Below, piece after piece: positions 52,126 through 60,331 of a stretch of 64,000 bases of DNA (positions are counted from its first letter, which is position 1; every line of letters starts with the position of its first letter). This DNA is from Candidatus Xenobia bacterium. Its GTDB lineage: Bacteria > Vulcanimicrobiota > Xenobia > Xenobiales > QWHO01. The translations under genes and the position numbers were made by a program. The notes beneath the pieces are model-generated. The model made no database searches and was not told the origin of the DNA. It worked only from the letters and a program-made list of their open reading frames with translations. The stretch spans positions 1 through 64,000 of the forward strand of contig BTUM01000016.1 of the NCBI GenBank assembly GCA_045863235.1. The letters run 5' to 3'.

Positions 52126-54000
52126 TCAACCGGTCAGCTCGTCCCAGGTCTTTGTGAGCGTCTCGCACTCAGCCGTGAGAGCCTGGTAGTTCTGCTCGAG
52201 CTCTCTGAGTCGAGGGCCGTTCTCGGGCCGGGCCATCTCCTCGGCCAGGCTCGCAATCTGTTCTTCAATGCCGAAAATCTTGGCCTCCAGGGCGGGAAGC
52301 GACCATTGGCGGGGGCTGGCGGGCGCGCGCTTGCCTTTGGGCACCAGGTCGCGCCCTTTCAGGTTCTGCTCGGCCAGCTCGGGAGCGGTCTTGACCGGGG
52401 TCCTGCGACGCCGCTGGAAGTCAGAGTAGTTGCCGGGATGACTGATCGCCTGCCCGTTCTGCAGCTCCACCACCCGGGTAGCCAGCGTGTCCATGAACGT
52501 GCGATCGTGGGAGATCAGCACGATGGTGCCCGGATACTCCTGCAGCGCCTCGGCCAGCGCCTCGCGCGCGGACAGATCGAGATGGTTGGTGGGCTCGTCC
52601 AGGAACAGCAAGTTGGAGGGGCGCACGATGCAGCGCGCCAGCGCCACCCGGCTGCGCTCGCCCCCGCTCAGCACGGACACCTTCTTGTGCACTTCGTCGC
52701 CCACGAACAGCAGGCAGCCGAGCAGCGTGCGCAGGCGGGTTTGATCCGTGTTGGGCGGGGCTACCTCTTCCAGAGCTTCGAGCACGGTCAGCTGACCGTT
52801 GAGCGCCTCGGCCTGGTGCTGGGCAAAGAAGACCGGAGTGAGTCGGTGCCCGTGCTTGATGCTGCCAGCGTCGGGCGGCTCGTGACCGGCCAGGGCCCGC
52901 AGCAGGGTGGACTTGCCCGACCCGTTGGGGCCCACGATGGCCACCCGCTCGCCCCGCTCGATCAACACGCTCAAGCCCTTGAGGACCTGAATGGGCCCAT
53001 AGCTCTTGCTCAGGCCTTTGGCCTGCAGCGCCTCGCGTCCGCTGTCCGGGAAGGGGCGAAAGCTCAGCCGCATGGGGCGGGGCTCGTCCTCGGGCAGCTC
53101 TACCCGCTCGATCTTGTCGAGCATCTTCTCTCGGCTCTTGACCCGGCTGGCCAGGGTGGCCTTGTAGCGGAAGCGTTCGATGAAGCGCTCGTCCTGGGCC
53201 AGCTTTCGTTGCTGGGTGTGGTAGGCGGCCTCCTGCAGCTCTCGGCGGCGCTCCTTTTCCTCGAGATAGAAGCTGTAGTTGCCGGCATACTCCTCGAGCT
53301 CCCCCCCGGAAAGCTCGAGGATCTTGTTGACGGTTCGGTCCAGGAAGGTGCGATCATGGGAAACCAGCAGCACCACCCCGGAGTAACGTGACAGATACTG
53401 CTCCAGCCACTCCACTGCCTCCAGATCGAGGTGGTTGGTGGGCTCGTCCAGCAAGAGCAGGCTGGGAGCCATCAGTAGCAGGCGCGCCAGCGCCCCGCGC
53501 ATCTGCCATCCTCCTGAGAACTCGCGGCAGGGACGGTCGAAGTCGCCCTGGGCAAATCCCATGCCGGCCAGCACGGTGCGGATGCGAGCGTCGATGGTCT
53601 GGGGCTCGGCGTGCTCATACTCGGCCTGGAGGCGGGCGTAGCGATCCATCACCGACTTGAGCTCCGAGCCAGACAGCGTGGCCATCTCGCCCTCCAGAGC
53701 TCGCAACTCGGCCTCCATGGCGCGCACCCGGTCGAAGAGGGCGTTCATCTCCTCGTAGAGGCTCACCTCGGGGCTCAGCTGGCCCTCCTGGCCCAGGTAG
53801 CCCACCTCCACCCCGGGCGTGGACGCAACGTGACCGGAGTCCGGCTCGAGCTGGCCGCTCAATATTTTGAGCAGGGTGGTTTTGCCGGTGCCGTTGCGGC
53901 CGATCAGGCCGAGCCGCTGCCCGGCCACCAGGGCCAGGTTGACCTTGCTCAGCACGGTGTGGCCCCCGTACGACTTGCTCACGTCCACCAGCGAGATCAT
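52126..54000 (-). CDS. ABC-F family ATP-binding protein
   Basis: Two NBDs (GRNGTGKT, FSGGWQMR, LLLDEPTNHLD; GPNGSGKST, LSGGERSR), no TM, C-terminal coiled coil; ATGA overlap. Confidence 0.93.
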   Translation of the reverse strand: MISLVDVSKSYGGHTVLSKVNLALVAGQRLGLIGRNGTGKTTLLKILSGQLEPDSGHVASTPGVEVGYLGQEGQLSPEVSLYEEMNALFDRVRAMEAELRALEGEMATLSGSELKSVMDRYARLQAEYEHAEPQTIDARIRTVLAGMGFAQGDFDRPCREFSGGWQMRGALARLLLMAPSLLLLDEPTNHLDLEAVEWLEQYLSRYSGVVLLVSHDRTFLDRTVNKILELSGGELEEYAGNYSFYLEEKERRRELQEAAYHTQQRKLAQDERFIERFRYKATLASRVKSREKMLDKIERVELPEDEPRPMRLSFRPFPDSGREALQAKGLSKSYGPIQVLKGLSVLIERGERVAIVGPNGSGKSTLLRALAGHEPPDAGSIKHGHRLTPVFFAQHQAEALNGQLTVLEALEEVAPPNTDQTRLRTLLGCLLFVGDEVHKKVSVLSGGERSRVALARCIVRPSNLLFLDEPTNHLDLSAREALAEALQEYPGTIVLISHDRTFMDTLATRVVELQNGQAISHPGNYSDFQRRRRTPVKTAPELAEQNLKGRDLVPKGKRAPASPRQWSLPALEAKIFGIEEQIASLAEEMARPENGPRLRELEQNYQALTAECETLTKTWDELTG

Positions 54001-54755
54001 AGAGCTCCGGCCGCCTTCAAGAGCGAGCGCCCCAGCCGGATGCGAAGCTGAAAGAAGTCCGCCGGCACCGGGTGGGGCTGATCCACCAGCACGGCAAAAT
54101 AGAGCGGGCCCTGCTCGCGCTCCACCCAGCCCACCCACCAGCCATAATCGCGGTCGCGGGTGCGGGCCCAGCCGGTCTTGGCAAAGATCCGATCTTGCTG
54201 GAGGTCCATCAGGGCCACCACCGTGTCCCTCGAGCGCTTCGAGACCGGCAGGCGCCCATCGTGCAGGCGTTCCAGGAACTCAACTTGCTCGCGGGGCGAG
54301 ATGGCCAGGGGCCCGTCCAGCCAGAACCGGTCCACTCGCTTGCCGACCTGAGCGTTGCCGTAGCCAAGCTTCTCGACCCAGCTCCGCATGCGGTCAAGGC
54401 CCACCTGGCGAGCCACCTCCTGGTAGTAGTGCACGGCCGAAACCCGGAATGCGCGGTCGAGGCTCATGTCCTGATTCCAGTTGGCGATCTCGCGCTCGAC
54501 CCCGTCCCATTCGAGGTCCATGGGGAGCACGCCGCACTCGAGACCGATCAGCGAATTGGGGATCTTGAAGGTGGAGGCTGGCACGTAACGACGCTGGCAG
54601 CGATCAGGGTGAAACTCGCGAAACCCGTGCTCGCGATCATAGAGCACGGCCGCGCCGTCCACCTTCTCGGCGGCAAAGCAGGTCGCGAAGTCGATTTCAC
54701 CTGCCACGGCCGGAAGCGCGAGCGTCAGAACGAGGAACCAGAGCCAGCCTTTCAC
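53997..54755 (-). CDS. Class D beta-lactamase (OXA-like)
   Basis: Signal peptide; PASTFKI, SAV, YGN, FWL.GPL.ISP.EQ, AKTGW. Confidence 0.88.
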   Translation of the reverse strand: MKGWLWFLVLTLALPAVAGEIDFATCFAAEKVDGAAVLYDREHGFREFHPDRCQRRYVPASTFKIPNSLIGLECGVLPMDLEWDGVEREIANWNQDMSLDRAFRVSAVHYYQEVARQVGLDRMRSWVEKLGYGNAQVGKRVDRFWLDGPLAISPREQVEFLERLHDGRLPVSKRSRDTVVALMDLQQDRIFAKTGWARTRDRDYGWWVGWVEREQGPLYFAVLVDQPHPVPADFFQLRIRLGRSLLKAAGAL

Positions 54756-54815
54756 GGCGCTGCCTTTCGTCGCCGGGCACAGGAGGCCTGCGCCCCGGCT
54801 CGAAGCCCTTCCAGT

Positions 54816-55100
54816 ATGAAGAGAATGCTGCTTGCTCTATTGCTGGCGTTGCTGCTCCCCGCTCTGGCAGCGACGTCCGCGGCCACCTTCACCGTCCAGG
54901 GCATGTCCTGAGGGGCCACCTGCGCCAGCCGTGTGCGGGCCATCGTGAGCAAATTGCCCGGAGTGAAGTCGGTGAATGTGAATTTCGGCAAGTCCACTGC
55001 CGAGGTGCGCTTCGATGACGCCATAACCGACCCCCAGAGACTTTCCCAGGGCCTCAAGGACGCCAGCGGAGGTCGCTACTCGATGCAGGTTCGCCCCTGA
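54816..55100 (+). CDS. Exported heavy-metal-associated (MerP/CopZ-like) protein with in-frame UGA; candidate selenoprotein
   Basis: MKRMLLALLLALLLPALA-ATSAATFTVQGMS-(UGA 54909-54911)-GATCASRVRAIVSKLPGVKSVNVNFGKSTAEVRFDD..DPQRLSQGLKDASGGRYSMQVRP*; complete HMA pattern across the UGA. Confidence 0.8.
54914..54941 (+). promoter_or_regulatory. Candidate bacterial SECIS hairpin
   Basis: GGC/GCC and CUGCGC/GUGCGG stems; C-G closed AGCC loop starting at the 16th nt after UGA, with G in second position. Confidence 0.5.
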
Positions 55101-55239
55101 CCACCCGCGAAACGCGGTTCAGGGGGTCGACCAGAGCCCGGCCCCACCCTTGGGGGGGAAGGCCGGGGTCCTGGCACAGTATGGTGATCGGCACGTCCTT
55201 TCGGCCGCGCCGCCAGCTCACTAGGAGACCAACCAGCGA

Positions 55240-56118
55240 ATGCCTCCGTTTAGCTCCGGTTTTCAACTGAAGATCATCGAGGGTACGGGCCGCGGACAGG
55301 TGTTCCCGCTCGACACCAAGGAGCTGACCATCGGGCGGGCTGCCAACCCTGGCGAGCGCGCGCCGGGCTACGTGTTCCTCTACGACGATACGGTTTCTCG
55401 CATTCACGCCCAGTTGTTCTGGGATGACGAGCAGAACGGCTACATTCTCCATCACCGATCCCAGACCAATCCAACGATGATCAACGCGGCCCCTGCCGAG
55501 GAGCCACGCCTGCTCGAGCCGGACGACTCCATCACCATCGGCAAGGTGGTCCTGCAAATTCAGCAGATCGAGCGACGCTGGGCCGGTGCTGTGGCACCGA
55601 TGGTGGCTCCGGGTGCCCCCACCCCATCCGCTGAAGCCCCCGCTGGAATCCCGACCCTTCAGAGCAAAAGGCCCCATGTACCCATGCCCACCGAAACCCG
55701 CAAAGTGGCCGTGCGCATCACCATGGGCGGCAACAAAGGGGGCCAGCGCAACGAATTTCGCCTCAAGGTGGTGGAGGGTCCCGATGCCGGGCAGTCCTTC
55801 CCCCTCAAGGGCACCATGGCCCTGGGCCGGGACACGGGGGAAGGGCAGGCCAACGCCGTGTTGCTCCGCGATGAGTTCGTCTGTCCCGACCACGCCGTGC
55901 TGCGCTGGAGCGAGCCGGACGGCAAGTATCAGCTCCTGTCCATCGCAAGTCCCGTGGCCATCCAGCGCACCATGGAAGGGCTGGTCTGGAGCACCGAGGT
56001 GCCCACCGAGGGACGGCTCTTGCTCGAGTCCCAGGACCTTCTCCGACTCGGCAACACGCGCCTGGTGATGGAGATGACGGTGGTCGATGAGGAGGAAGAG
56101 ACCGCCCGGCTCACGTGA
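55240..56118 (+). CDS. Tandem FHA domain protein
   Basis: LTIGRA..DDTVSRIHA..SQTNPTMIN and a second, degenerate MALGRD..DEFVCPDHAVL..DLLRLGNT. Confidence 0.85.
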   Translation: MPPFSSGFQLKIIEGTGRGQVFPLDTKELTIGRAANPGERAPGYVFLYDDTVSRIHAQLFWDDEQNGYILHHRSQTNPTMINAAPAEEPRLLEPDDSITIGKVVLQIQQIERRWAGAVAPMVAPGAPTPSAEAPAGIPTLQSKRPHVPMPTETRKVAVRITMGGNKGGQRNEFRLKVVEGPDAGQSFPLKGTMALGRDTGEGQANAVLLRDEFVCPDHAVLRWSEPDGKYQLLSIASPVAIQRTMEGLVWSTEVPTEGRLLLESQDLLRLGNTRLVMEMTVVDEEEETARLT

Positions 56119-57293
56119 CCCGCTCGCTGGAATGCTCAGCCACCTGCGCCTTCGGCCTGGAGGGGGTGGTGGCCCGTGAGCTGGAGGGGATCGGGGTCCA
56201 GGGCGTCCGCTCGGACAACGGCAGCGTGTCCTTTCAGGCCAGCCCTGAGGAAGTGTGCCAGACGAACCTGTGGCTGCGCACCGCCGACCGGGTGTGGGTG
56301 GTGGCCGGCCGTTTTCCAGCCCGCAGCTTCGAGGAGCTGTTCAGCGGTGTGCGCGCCCTGCCCTGGCCCGACCTTCTGCCCCGCCAGGCCGCCTTTCCGG
56401 TCGAGGGGATGAGCCACAACTCCCAGCTCTCCAGCGTGCCAGCCTGTCAGGCGGTGGTCAAGAAGGCCATCGTGGAAAGCCTGAAAGCGCGTTACGCCGT
56501 GGAGCGCTTCCCCGAGGACGGCCCTCTTTTCAAGGTCCGGGTGGCGCTGGTGAAGGACCAGGCGACCATCTCCCTGGACTCGAGCGGGCCGGGCCTGCAC
56601 CGCCGGGGCTATCGCAAGCTGACCGCCGAAGCCCCCTTGCGAGAGACGCTGGCCGCCGGATTGGTGCTGCTCAGCTACTACCAGGCCGACCGGGCCCTCT
56701 ACGACCCGTTCTGCGGGTCGGGCACCATCTTGATCGAGGCCGGCTGGATCGCGCTCGACCGGGCTCCCGGGCTGACGCGCAACTTCGCCAGCGAGGGCTG
56801 GCCCTGGATCGGGCGAGCCCGCTGGGAGCGCGCTCGCCGGGAGGCCGAAAGCCGACGCATTCACGGCCGTCGCCTGGCCCTGCTCGGCAGCGACGCCGAC
56901 CCGCGCGTGCTCAGCCTGGCCCGCTACCACGTTCACGCGGCCGGCCTGGGCAAGGTGGGCGTCTCGCTCCTGCGTCGCGAGGTGCGCGACTTTGCGCCCG
57001 AGCAAGAGTATTCCGTGATGATCACAAACCCGCCCTACGGCGAGCGCCAGCAGGACAGACCGGCGGCCCGGGCCCTGGCGGCCGAGCTCGGGCGCGTCAC
57101 CGAGCGTCTGAAGACCTGGTCGTTGTACTGCCTGACCTCCGACAGCGAGTTCGAGCGGGCCTTTGGACGCAAGGCGACGCGCAAGCGCAAGCTCTACAAC
57201 GGCATGCTGCAGTGCACCTACTACCAGTATCCGGGACCGCGTCCGCCGGAGGGGTTCGCGGCGATTCCGAGCGTGCTGCCGGACGAGGTCTGA
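56115..57293 (+). CDS. THUMP-domain SAM-dependent RNA methyltransferase (RlmL/YpsC-like)
   Basis: FGLE.VV.REL, NLWLRTADRV, LHRRGYR..EAPLRETLAA, DPFCGSGTILIEA, ITNPPYGER, RKLYNG. Confidence 0.92.
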   Translation: MTRSLECSATCAFGLEGVVARELEGIGVQGVRSDNGSVSFQASPEEVCQTNLWLRTADRVWVVAGRFPARSFEELFSGVRALPWPDLLPRQAAFPVEGMSHNSQLSSVPACQAVVKKAIVESLKARYAVERFPEDGPLFKVRVALVKDQATISLDSSGPGLHRRGYRKLTAEAPLRETLAAGLVLLSYYQADRALYDPFCGSGTILIEAGWIALDRAPGLTRNFASEGWPWIGRARWERARREAESRRIHGRRLALLGSDADPRVLSLARYHVHAAGLGKVGVSLLRREVRDFAPEQEYSVMITNPPYGERQQDRPAARALAAELGRVTERLKTWSLYCLTSDSEFERAFGRKATRKRKLYNGMLQCTYYQYPGPRPPEGFAAIPSVLPDEV

Positions 57294-57296
57294 GGC

Positions 57297-57983
57297 TCAC
57301 CTGAAGAGCAGAGAGACCAGTTTGTCCACCATCGGGTCGTCCTCATCCTCGAAAACCAGACCCACGTGGAACTTCCGGTCCTGTGGCCGGCTGCGAATCG
57401 TCAACACCTGGGCTGGAACCGCCAGGGCAGGCAAGACGCCGCTCGCCTCTGTGTTCAGTTTGCATCGGGTACCCAGAGACGCTTCCGAGTCCGTCAAGAG
57501 CATGGCCCCACCCCTGCCGATGTTGAGCAAGGTTCCCTCGGCAATCGTCGTGTCGGAGAGATTGGTCAGATAGGCCCGGTGACCCGACCGGACGCGCACC
57601 TGGGTCCGCCTCTCCTTGACGTTGTCCTGGGAAAAACCCGAGCTGACCAGGGTCTCTTTGAGCCAGGAGAGCGACTTGGCCTCTTCCGTGTCGTCAAAGA
57701 CCAGTCCGGCCCCGAGACGGCTGGCCCAGACCGTTCGGCACCGCACCAGCCCTTTCTTGGAGGCTGGAACGCTCACGGCCACGTTTGACCGATTCGACAG
57801 CCGCTCTACGGGCTCGACACGAATCCCGGCCACGCTGATCTCGGTGATCGTGGCGGCAAACGAGCTCTTCTCGGTGCGCACCTCGGCCTGAATCTTGCAG
57901 GCCAGGCGTCGGACGCGCCTGCGTTCCTTCGCAGGTGCCCGGTGACCCGGTAGAAATGCCTTGATTTGTCTCCACAGGCTCAA
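57297..57983 (-). CDS. Tandem PilZ domain protein
   Basis: ERRRVRR..EISVAG and ERRTQVR..NIGRGG (RxxxR and D/NxSxxG-like). Confidence 0.8.
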   Translation of the reverse strand: MSLWRQIKAFLPGHRAPAKERRRVRRLACKIQAEVRTEKSSFAATITEISVAGIRVEPVERLSNRSNVAVSVPASKKGLVRCRTVWASRLGAGLVFDDTEEAKSLSWLKETLVSSGFSQDNVKERRTQVRVRSGHRAYLTNLSDTTIAEGTLLNIGRGGAMLLTDSEASLGTRCKLNTEASGVLPALAVPAQVLTIRSRPQDRKFHVGLVFEDEDDPMVDKLVSLLFR

Positions 57984-58043
57984 GTCTGGTGCTTTCGTTT
58001 TGCCGGAAGAAGCATCCTTTCGTCAGCCGGCTGCCTGGCGAAG

Positions 58044-58544
58044 TTAAGCCTCGCTCTTGGCCCCACTCAGCTTGCTGATGCCCCCCAGCGTGGTGAAGAA
58101 GCCACCAAGTCCCATGGCTACGGCGGTGAGACCGCCGACATGGCCGAAGGCGCCGGCCGCGCTGGCCATGCCGAGCACTCCGCCGGCGCACATCAAAGTG
58201 CCGCGCAAGACCCGGTTGTCATCACCCTGAGCCCACTGGTCGGAAGCACCGCTGAAGGCCAGCAGGCCACAAAAGCGCATGGCGCCGTTGAGCAGCGTGC
58301 CGGTAGGCACGGCGGCGATGGCCGGCAGGCCGAACATGCTGGGGATGCCGATGGAGGCGGCCGCCACCAGGCCGGTGCCGATCACGGCCAGGGCCACGCC
58401 GCTGGCGATGTTGCCCTTGCGGGGGGCCTGATCCTGGCTCAGGGTCACCGTCTCTTGCGGAGACGAAAGGCTGGGGGATGCTTGCTGGGGCGAGGTGGAG
58501 CGAAAGGCGCTGATGGCCGGGGTGGTGGCGGTCTGGATGGTCAC
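58044..58544 (-). CDS. Hypothetical small multi-TM protein with Ser/Thr/Pro-rich N-terminus
   Basis: AGGAGG RBS before GTG 58544; 30-aa polar leader then four Gly/Ala-rich helices. Confidence 0.7.
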   Translation of the reverse strand: MTIQTATTPAISAFRSTSPQQASPSLSSPQETVTLSQDQAPRKGNIASGVALAVIGTGLVAAASIGIPSMFGLPAIAAVPTGTLLNGAMRFCGLLAFSGASDQWAQGDDNRVLRGTLMCAGGVLGMASAAGAFGHVGGLTAVAMGLGGFFTTLGGISKLSGAKSEA

Positions 58545-58579
58545 GGAATGGGTTCCTCCTGTTGTCTCTCTCTGGGGCC

Positions 58580-58644
58580 ATTCTGGCACAGGTCCGGCCC
58601 GACTCAGGTTAAAGCTCTGTTTCAGCGAGTTACCGGCGTGTTGC
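58580..58644 (-). promoter_or_regulatory. Four phased direct repeats plus extended -10
   Basis: Minus strand GCAAC, GTAAC, GAAAC, TTAAC at 11/10/11 spacing, 22 nt, TG-C-CAGAAT. Confidence 0.6.
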
Positions 58645-58684
58645 TTTTCAGCTCCCTTTCAGCCACCCGGACCATCATGCATGC

Positions 58685-59950
58685 ATGATCACGTCGGTCT
58701 CGGGCAATGCCACGGCCACCTGGCTCCAGCCCATCCACTGCGCCCAGGTCGAGGGCCAACCCGACCGGTTCGAGCCCAGCGAGCCGGCCCCGCTCAAGAT
58801 CTGGTTGCTGCACGGCAGCTACACCGGCGGTCACGCCTCGGCCGCTCGCTCGGTCAAAGAAGCGCTGCAGGAGCAGTGTCCCGAGGCCCAGGTCGAGATC
58901 ATCAACCACGCCGACCTTTCCAAAAACCCGATGCCGTTCTCCACGGCCGCCGAGAAGGCGCTGGAAGGTGGCGCCATCCGCCAGACGGTGCGCAACTGGG
59001 GGTTCGAGCGCAACTTCGAAGGCGACCCGCTGCAGAAATGGTGCGCCCGCCAGGGCATGAAGGTGGAGGCCTTTCTTACTGACAGCCTGCTCGAGCGCAT
59101 CCAGAACGAGCAGCCGGACGTGCTGGTGGCCACCCAGGCGCCGACCGCCGACATGCTGAGCTACTGGAAAGAGAACCAGGAGTTTGCCGCCCCGCTGCAC
59201 GCTGTTGTAACCGACTTTGGAGCCCACCAGATTTGGAGCCAGGAGGGCGTTTCGCGCTACTATGTGGCCGCCGAGAGCACCCGGGGTGATCTGGAGCGCT
59301 TTGGCGTCGACACCAGCCAGGTATCTGTCACCGGAATCCCCATCCGACCAGCCTTCGCTCGCCCTCCTCAGGACCGGGCTGAGATGAAGAAGAAGCTGGG
59401 CCTGGACCCTGAAAAGCCGTTCGTGCTGGTTCTGGGAGGCGCCCTGGGAGCCGTCAACTTCAACAAGACCGTGGGAGCCCTCGATGATCTCCCCTGCGAC
59501 TTTCAGATCGCGGTGGTGTGTGGCAAGAACGAAGCGGCGCGCAAGGCACTGGAGGCGGATACCTTCAGCCATCCCGTGCAGGCGCTGGGGTTCGTGGACA
59601 ACATGGTGGACTACCTGGACGCCTGCGACCTGATCGTTTCCAAGCCCGGCGGCCTCTCCACCTCGGAGATCCTGGCCCGGGGTCGGGCCATCCTGATCCT
59701 CGACCCCATCCCGGGGCTCGAGACGCAGAACGCCAGGCGCCTCACCCAGGCCGGAGTAGGGCGCTGGGCCAGCGATCTCACGGACATGGGCAAGCACGCC
59801 CTGGAGTTGCTCGGGAGCCCGGACAAGCGGGCCGAGATGGAGAAAGCCGCCCAGGCCATGGGCCGTCCCAACTCGGCCGCCGACGCAGCTTCGCAGATTC
59901 TGGCGGCCGGCTGGGAGCACCGCGAGCGGCTCTCCACCAGCGCCATCTGA
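58685..59950 (+). CDS. MGDG synthase/UgtP-like GT28 glycosyltransferase with N-terminal extension
   Basis: GGHASAA, PDVLVATQ, VVTDF..HQIW, VTGIPIRPAF, VVCGKN, GFVDNM, SKPGGLSTSE, PIPGLE..NA. Confidence 0.88.
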   Translation: MITSVSGNATATWLQPIHCAQVEGQPDRFEPSEPAPLKIWLLHGSYTGGHASAARSVKEALQEQCPEAQVEIINHADLSKNPMPFSTAAEKALEGGAIRQTVRNWGFERNFEGDPLQKWCARQGMKVEAFLTDSLLERIQNEQPDVLVATQAPTADMLSYWKENQEFAAPLHAVVTDFGAHQIWSQEGVSRYYVAAESTRGDLERFGVDTSQVSVTGIPIRPAFARPPQDRAEMKKKLGLDPEKPFVLVLGGALGAVNFNKTVGALDDLPCDFQIAVVCGKNEAARKALEADTFSHPVQALGFVDNMVDYLDACDLIVSKPGGLSTSEILARGRAILILDPIPGLETQNARRLTQAGVGRWASDLTDMGKHALELLGSPDKRAEMEKAAQAMGRPNSAADAASQILAAGWEHRERLSTSAI

Positions 59951-60331
59951 TCAACCAGCCGCCAACCGATCGAGATAGACGTGCAACTGCCCCATGACCT
60001 CCTGGGCCTGCAAGAAGGTCCGCACGCAGTTCGCCATGGCTTCCTCGGAGGGATTGGCCACGTATTCCCCCAGCGCATCCACCGCGATCTGGGAGATGTC
60101 CAGGGCCGTGCAGGTCATTCTCTGCTGCTCCTCAAGGGCCTCGCGCACCTCCTCGGGACCGGTGATGGAGGTGACCGCTGCGCGGGACTCGCGCAACTCG
60201 GCGGCCAGGGCGTCCTGGTAAGTGACCAGGGCGTCGGCCGGCAGGCGCCCCTCGTGGACCTCCTTGAGGGCCGAGAGCAGCGACGCAAAGCTGGGATGCT
60301 CGAGATCGACCGGAGCGCTCTGGTAGCTCAT
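59951..60331 (-). CDS. Hypothetical acidic helical protein
   Basis: 126 aa; ATGA overlap with the upstream amidase-like gene; host-like codon usage. Confidence 0.7.
   Translation of the reverse strand: MSYQSAPVDLEHPSFASLLSALKEVHEGRLPADALVTYQDALAAELRESRAAVTSITGPEEVREALEEQQRMTCTALDISQIAVDALGEYVANPSEEAMANCVRTFLQAQEVMGQLHVYLDRLAAG

Noticed and set aside
54752..55057. 101-aa minus-strand ORF as the gene in this gap
   Set aside because: No motifs; the plus-strand frame gives a signal peptide and a full HMA domain across the UGA
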